From an uncultured delta proteobacterium (GTDB lineage Bacteria; Desulfobacterota; Syntrophia; Syntrophales; UBA2192), in assembly GCA_963705165.1 (NCBI GenBank), contig CAVPJD010000009.1:64001-128000 (forward strand): a DNA stretch of 64,000 nt, read 5' to 3'. How positions within the stretch are numbered: the first letter of the stretch is position 1; the number at the start of each line of letters is the position of its first letter. The position numbers and the translations under genes were made by a program. Shown piece after piece: positions 54,773 through 64,000 of this stretch. Below the pieces are notes generated by a model. It was not told the DNA's origin, searched no databases, and saw only the letters and a program-made list of their open reading frames with translations.

Positions 54773-56632
54773 ATGCCGACCAATGCGACGACCGCCACCG
54801 CCCGCGCCGAGGCATTCCTGCGCGATGCGGTCGAGTTTCGCCTTGGACCACTCGTGACCGAGGCCCCACACCCCCGGTCAACCGACCTGAGCCAGACCGC
54901 CAGGCAGGACGCGGCTGCTGGCCTCGGCGTCCTCTTCGACGTGGACCGTGACGTCTTCGAGACCTACGACCGCTGGTCGCGCAGCGGCGAGCCCGAAGCC
55001 CTCCGCGACCTGGTGCTCGCATCGCTGGGCAAGGGCGGCCGCCTCTTCTTCACCGGGTGCGGCGCGACGGGTCGACTCAGCATCCAGCTGGCCTCGACCT
55101 GGCGAGCGTTCTGGCAGGATCGACGCCGCAGTGGCCGGGCGACGCCATCGCCCGACGTCTGGGAGCACCGCGCCTTCAGTGTGATGGCGGGCGGCGACTA
55201 CGCGCTGATCAAGTCGGTCGAGGGGTTTGAGGACTTCGCCCCCTTTGGCCGCAAGCAGCTGGCGGAACTCGGGGTGGCGGCCGACGACGTGGTGTTTGCG
55301 ATCACCGAGGGCGGCGAGACGTCCTTCGTGATTGGGACCGCCTGGCAGGGTCTCAGCGTGGGCGCGCGGGTGATCTTCGTCTACAACAACCCGGATGCCG
55401 TGCTCCGCGCCCACGTCACGCGGAGCCGCGAGGTGATCGACGAGCCGCGGATCCGCAAGGTCAACCTCACCACCGGGCCGATGGCCGTGACGGGCTCCAC
55501 GCGCATGCAGGCCACCAGCATCCAGTTGCTGGCCATGCTCACGGTGCTCGAGATGGTGCTCCGCGAGGTGTTGGTGCAGGCGGGGGTGGACGAGCCGGGG
55601 CCGTCCTCGGGCGAAGTACCCGAAGCGATGCGCGCGCGTTCGCGGCGCTGCACGAGACGTTGACGAGCGTTGCGGTGCGCGACGTGCTCGCTCGTCTGGT
55701 GCGGCGCCGAGGAGCACGTCTATCGCGCGGGTGCCGAACCTCGTACTTCGCGGACGCCCTGGCGTGGATGTCCTGACCGATACCACCGAGCGCAGCCCCA
55801 CGTTCTGCACACCGTCCTTCCGCAAGTGGGACGATGACGAGGCGTCGGAGTCCTGGGCGTTCCTGTTCACGCCGGCGCCGACGACGCCCGAGGCCTGGAC
55901 GCGTCTGCTCAGGCGGGCGCCCCAGACCATCCAGTGGAGCCGGAGGACCTGCGAGAACTGCTTGACGAGGAGGCCGCCGAACGTCAGGGTGCGATTCTCG
56001 GCGAGATCGGCCTGCGTGAACTGCTGCGCTTCCGAATCGGCGTGGACGGCCTGCCGTATCGGCCGGTGCGCGCGGGCGACGGCATGACGGCGGTTGTGTG
56101 TGGAGAGGATCTAGCGCTGGTGGGAGACGGCGGCGTCTTCGCCCAGCAGCACGCTCGCGCGCGGGCCGGCGGCGCGCTGACGTCGATGATTGCCATCGGG
56201 CGCCCGGCTGCGCTCGCGCCTCTGGTCGCCACATCCGCTGCGCGTGCCAACGACGGCAGGACCCTCGCCGTCGCGGTGGCCGAGACGGCGTTGCTGCTCG
56301 ACCCGCTCGTGCGAGTCGGCGCCAAGATGATCCTCAACGCGCTCTCGACCTGCACGATGGTCCGCCTCGGGCGCGTGCTGGGCAACCGCATGATCTGGGT
56401 GGTGCCGAGCAACCTCAAGCTGATCGATCGCTCGACGCGCTACATCCGCGACCTCGCATCGGTGTCCTACGAGGAGGCCTGCCGGTCCCTGTTCGAGGTC
56501 ATCGACTACGTCGAGCCGAGACGCCGTGCGGGCCGGACCTATCCCGCTCCGGTGGGCGTGGCGACGATGCGCCTGCGCCACGGGTTGAGCCTGGCGGAGG
56601 CGGAGGCGCGGCTGATTCAGGAACTCGGCTGA
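54773..56632 (+). CDS. Double-SIS protein, glucokinase regulatory protein (GCKR)/MurQ family (frameshifted)
   Basis: TEAPHP, GCGATGRL, MAGGD, EGFED, GPMAVTGSTRMQA, KMILNALSTCTMVRLGRVLGNRM..SNLKLIDR; about 620 codons. Confidence 0.82.
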
Positions 56633-58005
56633 GTGCCCGGTGCCCTCTCGACCGCCAGTTGACGCCCTGGCGATCTGAGGCTGCGGGACGCGCCGGAAGG
56701 CTCGCACGAGTTCTCTTCCACCGCGGCCCGCTGCGGATCGCCCTCCGACGCCCAGCCGGCTGGACGTTCACTTCGAAGGCGGTGGGGGGCGATCCGGTGC
56801 CACCCCTCGATGCCGGCCAGCAGGAGCAGGATGCCGGTCAGGAGGGCTCCGTACCTGGGCATGAAGACGACGACGTAGTAGACGAGGGGAAACGTTACGA
56901 GTGGAATGACCAGGGCCGCCCGCTGGGGCACTGCCAGGGCAGGCCAGGCGCGCCGCAAACCCAGCGCCGCCAGGATCGTCAGCATCGCCGACGCCGCGGC
57001 CATCGGGCCCTGCGACGCCGACCCGAACCAGAAGTGGAACGCGCGCCGCGCCGTCAGGCTGAGGAATCGCCCAGGATGCGCGCCAATCCACGCGAGGGCT
57101 TCCTGCCGGGAGCGGCGCATGTACTCGACCTCGCCAATCTGCTGCAGCAACTTCGCCTCGGCCACGTTGGTTCGCGGGTGCCGGAGCGCCAGGCCTTCCG
57201 TCGCATCCATGACGTCGATGTCGGCCACGGCCCCCTCGTGGTTGCCCATGCGCAACTCGAGGCCGAGGTTGCTGCGGATGAAGAACACTTCTCCAAAGAC
57301 GGCGTAGTTGCGCAAGCCCCAGGGGACGCAGGCCAGCGCCACGCCCACCAGCGTCAACGCCGTCGGCGCCCACCTGCGCCGGTCTCGGCTCCACCACAGA
57401 TCGAACAGGAGGCAACCGAGCAGGACCGGAACCAGTGACGGTGTCAGGTGAAACGCGGCCCCCCACGCAGCGCCCAGAACCAGGGCGCCGCGTGGCGACG
57501 GCGTTGCCCTTCGCCAGCGGCTCACATGCCACGCGAGCAACAGGCCGAGCGCGACCGCGGCGAAGTACTCGACCTGGTGCGGCCACCTCGGTACCAGGGC
57601 TCCGGCAAGTCCGCCGACGATGCCCGCCTCGCGGCCGACACCTAGACGGTGCGCCAGCCAGGGCAACATGGCGACCATCGCTGCACTGGCCGCGACCTGC
57701 ACGAACCATGTGGCGTACCCGGCCGCCATCGTCAGGCCGAAGAGCGTGTACAGCAGGCCGAGCAGGGCCGGGAATGCCGGCGGCACGTGCGCGGTCGGGC
57801 CGGTGGGCACCGCGTAGGGGTCGGCGAAACGTCCGGTGGTTGCAAGCGAGACGGCGACGGCGTTGGCTTCCCACCGCGCGTGCGGCTCAATCCACTCGCG
57901 CGGGACCAATGGCAGCAACGCGGTGCCCTCGGCGAAGGCGACGAGGAAGATGACCAGCAACGCGCGCGCGGGAGCCTGGGCCAGCCAGCGCACCGCCGAT
58001 GCCAT
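56617..58005 (-). CDS. Polytopic membrane protein, GT-C glycosyltransferase-like
   Basis: PTAHVPP, PWGLRNY..FGEVFFIRSNLGLELRMGNH, PRY; true stop may be at 56768. Confidence 0.65.
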   Translation of the reverse strand: MASAVRWLAQAPARALLVIFLVAFAEGTALLPLVPREWIEPHARWEANAVAVSLATTGRFADPYAVPTGPTAHVPPAFPALLGLLYTLFGLTMAAGYATWFVQVAASAAMVAMLPWLAHRLGVGREAGIVGGLAGALVPRWPHQVEYFAAVALGLLLAWHVSRWRRATPSPRGALVLGAAWGAAFHLTPSLVPVLLGCLLFDLWWSRDRRRWAPTALTLVGVALACVPWGLRNYAVFGEVFFIRSNLGLELRMGNHEGAVADIDVMDATEGLALRHPRTNVAEAKLLQQIGEVEYMRRSRQEALAWIGAHPGRFLSLTARRAFHFWFGSASQGPMAAASAMLTILAALGLRRAWPALAVPQRAALVIPLVTFPLVYYVVVFMPRYGALLTGILLLLAGIEGWHRIAPHRLRSERPAGWASEGDPQRAAVEENSCEPSGASRSLRSPGRQLAVERAPGTQPSS

Positions 58006-58028
58006 GCCCGTGACCTCGCCGGCTCGAG

Positions 58029-58442
58029 TCAGGCGCCGAGCAGGGCGCCGACGCAATCCACGTCCTCCCGGTGGACGTAGAGGAGATAGGCGTAGCCGCC
58101 GCGCCCGTCAGCAATGCCACTCGAGGAGGCGATGTTGATCCCGTGCTCGTAGAGCTGCCGGTGACACTCCACGAGCGCGCCCAGGTGGTCGTCGCCCTGC
58201 ATGAGGAATGCGTGCTGCGGCGAGCTCAGCCCCCAGCCCTGCTTCTCGGCAACGGCGGCGAGGTCCTCGAGGTCGGCAGGGAACATCACCAGCTGGGTCT
58301 TGTTCATCCCGAGCGGAATGGCGTGGAAGGCCAGCAGGTTCACGCCTCCGGCGGCCATTTGCGCGAGGAAGGGAAAGGCCTCCCCCGGGCGATCCTCGAT
58401 GATGACGGAGCAATACGCGACGCGGCGGATGGTGGCGGCCAT
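58029..58442 (-). CDS. Tandem ACT-domain protein
   Basis: EDRPGEA...GVNLLAF and DDHLGAL...GINIAS; aggagg RBS. Confidence 0.8.
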   Translation of the reverse strand: MAATIRRVAYCSVIIEDRPGEAFPFLAQMAAGGVNLLAFHAIPLGMNKTQLVMFPADLEDLAAVAEKQGWGLSSPQHAFLMQGDDHLGALVECHRQLYEHGINIASSSGIADGRGGYAYLLYVHREDVDCVGALLGA

Positions 58443-58791
58443 GGGTGGCCTCCTTGTCCCGGGGGGCGGGTACGCGAAGCGGCACCAGCCTACCACCGCT
58501 GGGCGTTGGCGGGGCGGCGGCCGCAGCCGGCCGACCCAACCTGGTGTCAGCACGTTGCAGGTCGCCTTCGGCTGGCCTGCTTGGATGCACATTTCTGGAT
58601 CAGGGCGGCTCGGATCCAACGCGATGCATATCCCGGACAGTACGTGCCTCACGCAGACGAGGTAAGTGACGCTTCGCCATGGCTTTCCGGCTTGGTCTTG
58701 GAATTCCCTGTTTGGAACGACGATTGCCATCATTATGGGGTCAATCCAGCCGCGGTGACGTGCGGGTCACGTTGCCGGAAGGAGTGCACAA

Positions 58792-61700
58792 ATGCGACGA
58801 GCGACGTTCGCGCTACTCGGCCTTCTACTGTTCGTGGCGGTCGATGCGGCCGCGCAGTCCACGACGGGCACCATCAGCGGCACGGTCCGCGACGCCCAAC
58901 AGGCCGTGCTGCCCGGGGTGTCCGTGACGGTCCGCAACGTGGACACCGGGCTCTCGCGCACCATCATCACCGACGCGAGCGGCGTCTACCGCTTCTCCGC
59001 CCTGCCGCTGGGGCGCTACGAGCTCGAGGCGGATCTGGCCGGGTTCGCGAAGTACTCGCGGAGCGGGCTGACCCTCGCCTTGAACCAGGAAGCGGTGATC
59101 GACATCGTGATGGGCCTGGCGACCCTGGAGGAGACCATCCAGGTGACCGCCGACTCGCCGATCCTCAACACGACCAATGCCGAGGTGGGCGTGCGGTTCG
59201 ACAGCACGAAGGTCGCCGAGTTGCCGGTCGGCAACACGCGCGACATCTTCAGCCTGGCGCTGCAGGCCGCGGGGGTCAGCCAGGTCAACTCCGGCCAGTC
59301 GAACTTCGCCAGCGGCACCAACTTCTCGGTCAACGGCATGCGGACCCGTTCGAACAACTTCATGATCGACGGGCAGGACAGCAACGATCCGAGCGTCACC
59401 GGCCGCCAGCAGCCGCTGAACAACACCGACCTGATCCAGGAGGTCCGGCTGATCACCAACCAGTTCGCCGCCGAGTTCGGGCGCGCCGCCGGGTCGGTGA
59501 TGAGCGTGGTGACCAAGAGCGGCACCAACAACTTCCGCGGCAGCGCGTTCATCTTCCGCAACGAGGATGCCCTGAATGCGCGCACGAACCTGGACAAGGC
59601 CGCCGGCCGCACCAAGGCGCCGTTCCTCGAGGAGAACCAGTACGGCGGCACGCTGGGCGGCCCGATCATCCGCCAGCGGACCGTTCTTCTTCGGGTCGTA
59701 CCAGCGCTGGACGCAGGACCAGCTCGGGGCGGGCACGACGCTCAACGGCGCGCCCACCGAGGCCGGCCGCCAAATCCTGCAGAGCGCCGTCGGAAGCCTG
59801 CCGCAGATCCAGGCACTGCTGAAGTTCCTCCCCGCGGCGCAGACCCCACTCAACCGCAACGTCGCCTTCTCCTACGGCGGCAACACCTACTCCGTCCCGA
59901 TCGGCTCGCTGACAGGGTCCTCGACGATCGAGTACAGGAACCACCAGGCATCCGGCCGCGTGGATCACCAACTGGGCGGCGCCGGCCGCACATCCTCTCC
60001 GCGCGCTACCTGTTCAACGACACGACGCAGTCCGGTGCCGGCCAGGTGACGCCTCCCGGCGTGACGACCGTGGCCCCGTCGCGATCGCAGTCCTTCGCGA
60101 CCTGGTGGACCGGCATCCTCAGCAACACGCTGGTGAACGAGTTCCGCGTCGCCTACTCACGCGCCACCAGGAGACCACCGCCGCGGACACTGTCGTCGCA
60201 GGAGATTCCGTCCATCGAGATCAACGAGCTCGGGCTGCTTGGGTTCAACGCCGCCGCCACCCGCACGGCCATCGGCCTGGCGCTGAACCTGCCGCAGTGG
60301 CGCAAGAACGGCCTGCGGCAGATCCAGAACAACCTCTCCTGGACGGCCGGCAACCACTCGACGAAGTTCGGCGTGGACTACCGGTCGACCGACATCGACA
60401 GCTTCTTCAACCCGACCCTGCGCGGCCGGCTGCAGTACACGACCCTCCAGCGCTACGTGGACGACGTGGCGAACGTCGCGCAGATCAACAAGCCGCTGCC
60501 CGGCGGGTCGCGAGGTGGTCAACTACAACTGGGGCGACGTCTACTTCTTCGGGCAGGACGAGTGGCGCATGTCGCCGGGCTTCACCCTCAGCTACGGCCT
60601 GCGCTACGAGCTGCCCGGCAACTTCACCGACTCGCTCGTCGAGCTGAACGATCGGATCGTCGCGACGGCAGGCGGCGACGAACGCTTCCGGCTGAAGCCC
60701 GTGCCCCCGCGCGACACCAACAACTGTGCAGCCGCGGCTCGGCTTCAACTGGAACCCGAAGACGCGACACCGGCGGCATCATGGGGACGCTGACCGGCGG
60801 GGACAAGCTGGTGGTGCGCGGCGGCTACGCCATGACGCACGACTACGCGTTCCTCAACATCGCGCTGAACATCGCCAGCGCGTTCCCGCAGGTCGCCGTC
60901 CTCGAGGTGCCGACGGTGCAGACGCCCCCGGCGGGCCCGGCCGGCCCAACGGCCTTCGTCCGCTCCCAACCTGACGCTGACCGGCGACCCCGACCTCGTC
61001 ACGCGGACCGTCGTGGCCGACGACTTCCGGTCGCCGTCGGCGCACCAGTTCAGCTTCGAGGTGCAGCGGCGATGGCGGCCAACCTCGCGCTGCGCATCGG
61101 CTACGTGGGCACGCTGGGACGCGGCCTGTTCCAGACGCTCGACGGCAACCCGCGGCAGCCCTACTCGGCCACGCCGCGTCGACCCGACGCGTGGCGTGAT
61201 CCGCCTGCGCGCCAACGCCGCCAGTCCTGGTACAACTCGTTGCAGACCAGCCTCGAGCGGCGGTTCAGCAACGGGTTCAGCGCCGGCGTCGCACTACACG
61301 TGGAGCCAGTACCTCGACACGGCCTCGGAGATCTTCAACGTCTCCAGCGGCGAGGTCGCCGTGGCGCAGGACTCCTTCGACATCGCGGCGGACAAGGGCC
61401 TCTCTTCCTACGACCGGCCGCACCGGTTCACCGGCAACGTCGTCTGGGAGCTGCCGTTCTATCGCGACCAGGCGGGGTTCGCCGGGAAGGTCCTCGGCGG
61501 CTGGCAGCTGAGCACGAACTTCACCCTGCAGAGCGGATCGCCGTTCACCGTGCTGAACGGCGCCGACCCGACGGGAGCACTGACCGGCATCGACGGCCTG
61601 GTGGGCAACGCCATCCGGCCCAACATCAACACCGACCGAGGACCTCTCGAAGATGACGGTTGCCGAAATCCTCGCGGCCGGGCGGCGCCACGCTCTTCAC

Positions 61701-61992
61701 GCCGCTGTGCGGGTTCCAGAGCGCGACGTGCGCCGGAGAGCGCGTCGGCAACGTGGGCCGCAACACGCTGCGCGCCGACGGCTACGGCAACATCGACCTC
61801 GGGTTCATCAAGAACACGCGGTTCTTCGGTCGGCAGAACATCCAGTTCCGCCTCGAGGCGTTCAACCTGACCAACACGCGGAACTTCGGCGTGCCCAACA
61901 GCCAGATCAACTCGGTCAACTTCCTCAACCAGTGGGGCACCGACGGCGGCGGGCGCAAGATCTGGGTAGCGATTCGGTACACCTTCGATGCC
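58792..61992 (+). CDS. TonB-dependent receptor with carboxypeptidase-regulatory-like N-domain (Oar-like; many frameshifts)
   Basis: Signal peptide, GTISGTVRD, FSVNGMRTRSNNFMIDG, AEFGR, KSGTN, FGQDEWR, QFRLEAFNLTN, terminal RYTF. Confidence 0.9.
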
Positions 61993-62013
61993 GAACGCGT
62001 GAGCCGATGACGA

Positions 62014-62040
62014 CGGGGCCTGGGCGACTCCCAGGCCCCG
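62014..62040 (+). terminator. GC-rich hairpin after the receptor gene
   Basis: cggggcctggg-cgact-cccaggccccg; no U-tract. Confidence 0.5.
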
Positions 62041-62157
62041 GACGTTGTGCCGGTCGAGCGCGAGGCGGCCGTCCAACCAGCCCTGGGACGGTCACGACCT
62101 CCACATCGGCCGGCGAGAAGACTACCAGGGCGGCCAACGTCGACCCCGCGCCTTCAA

Positions 62158-62241
62158 CGGCAAGGCCGCGGTCGTGAGAACCTCGCAGGGGCGCGCGCCC
62201 GTGAGCGGGATTCCGGCAATCCTGTGACGGCTTTCCTGCCG
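62158..62241 (+). ncRNA. Candidate cyclic-dinucleotide (GEMM-I-like) riboswitch
   Basis: cggca/tgccg closing stem, GGCAA start, GTGA loop, 3' tgacggc...ctgccg; degenerate. Confidence 0.3.
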
Positions 62242-62395
62242 CGGTGGGGGGCCAACCTCCGCAGGACATCCAAAAGCGATGCAATCGGTCCGCCTCGCGG
62301 CTGGCATGTGACGTGCGTCTTCGTGGGCGTCCGTCGGTGCCGCCGCGGATGAAGCGTGCCGCAAGGCGGTCCAGACGGCTTGCCCGGGAGCCCCC

Positions 62396-64000
62396 ATGGG
62401 ATCCAGCACTGGCCGGTGGCGTGTGCCCCTGCGGCACGCGGCGTCATTGCTCGTCACCTTCCTCGTTCTTGTCGGCACAGCCCGCCCCTCCGCGGCATTC
62501 GATTGGTGCACGATCGAGGTCGACTACCAAGGCATCAGCACGGTGCATGTCAGCTACCAGACGATCGGCGGGCTGCCGGTCGGCGCCCGTCTCGAGGTGC
62601 GGCGCGGCGACTCTACCACCAAGCTCAAGGACCTGGCCGGCGCGGCCAGCACCTTCCAGGACCGCCTGGCGCTGCCGCTCACGGCGCAGCGCTACATGGT
62701 TGTCGCCGACCGCCTGGTCAACGGGACGCTCACCCGCGACGAAGGCTGCGCCGTGGAGATCACGCTCACCAACGAGGTCTCGGGCATCCCCACCGGAGAC
62801 GATGCGATCGAGGGTGAGAAGCACGGCTCTCGCTCGTACGACTCGGCCAACTCATCCTGAACCCCGGCATCACCATCGCCATCACCCAGTCGACGGTCGA
62901 GAGCCTCATTGTCCACGGCCCTGGTGCGACGGGCATCCTGGTGGGCGGGATGACCTGGACCCGCAGGCCAGCCTCACCGTGTCGGACTCGGTAGTGGAAT
63001 ACGCGAGCGTCTCCTACGCCGCCCCCGTGTTCAACCGGGTGCGCTTCCGCGGCAGGGTCGACATCGCCGCAGGAGCGCCGATCTTCAGGAAGTGCCAGTT
63101 CCCGGGCATCGCCGTGGCGTTGGATGGCCGGACGGGCGCCGTGTTCACCGAGAACGTCTTCGGCGCCGGTATCTACGTGAGCGGTTCGACGTGGCCTGGC
63201 TTCCCCGCGGACCTCGCCAGCAGTTGGTGGCAGATGAGCGCCCCGAACCCCGTGATCGAGGGCAACAGCTTCGTCGGCAAGGCGGCGCTGGGGTACCCGG
63301 TACGGCGACCCGCCGCCACCAATGCCGATCGTCGTTGGCGCGAACTACTACGGCGACATCGGCGGGCCCGTAACCGGCGGCTCGGCCTTTCTCGAAGGGC
63401 GCGGCGCTGTCGTCACGCTCGACGCCGACTGCGGCGGCGGCTGTCAGCCGAAGCGGGTGTTCGACCTCACCACACCGATGACGTCGGGCTTGCCGCGTGA
63501 CGACCCGGGCATCTTCCCCTGGTTCTGGTTCCGCTCCGTGGTCGGACAGAACGCGATGGACCTCGTCGCCGGCCATGGCCCGATGATGCAGGGTCGCGAA
63601 ACGCTCTACAGCGCCGACATCCGTACCGCCGACACCGAGGTCACGGGCGTGGACGTCTACGTCAAGCTCGACGGCAAGGTGATCAAGCCGACCAACGAGA
63701 AGTTGGCGATTCGCCGAGACAGCGCGGCCTTCGGCGACGCGGCGTTCCGCCGGGCCACCATCACGCACAACTTCATCCTGCCGCCCGTGACCGCCGACAC
63801 GGCGACGCTCGAGCTCTGGCTCGACGCGTCGAAGGTCACGGGGTTCACCGCACCCACGCCGCCGCCTCAACTGTTCGAGCAACGGACGCTGACCTTCAGC
63901 AAGCCCCTCGCCCGCCCCTACCGGATCTGCATCCGCCCTGCCCGCGTCGTCACGTGGTGGAGCAAGGGCACGTGGCCGGACATCTCGAGGACCATCCAGG
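62396..64000 (+). CDS. Large secreted beta-rich protein, frameshifted, runs off the window
   Basis: Signal-like LLVTFLVLVGTARPSAA; beta-helix-like turns (FTENVF, IEGNSF, GANYYG); start uncertain. Confidence 0.6.

Overview
The window joins two different genomes. Positions 1 to ~49040 look like an anaerobic deltaproteobacterium (Syntrophales-like, inferred from gene content). This part carries acyl-CoA/fermentation enzymes, RNA chaperones, a larA-glcD-glcF-carboxyltransferase lactate module, a complete kdpFABCDE locus with two extra upstream genes, HU, a G1PDH-like enzyme beside a Fe3+/sugar-phosphate-type ABC transporter, and perR-katG. It ends in a decayed mosaic (~40-49 kb) of pseudogenes and fragments punctuated by 9-nt microrepeat arrays and GACCCC-type ends. 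At ~49041 the sequence switches mid-gene to visibly more GC-rich, frameshift-ridden DNA resembling an acidobacterium. That part carries an epimerase fragment, nhaA, three adjacent genes of eukaryote-like type (XYLB-type xylulokinase, CHT1/SLC5A7-type symporter, GKRP/GCKR-type double-SIS protein), a membrane glycosyltransferase-like gene, an ACT protein, an Oar-like TonB receptor and a truncated secreted protein. No rRNA, tRNA, CRISPR array, integrase or transposase was recognised. All calls come from reading motifs by eye, no searches were run, and many frameshifts are probably sequencing errors.
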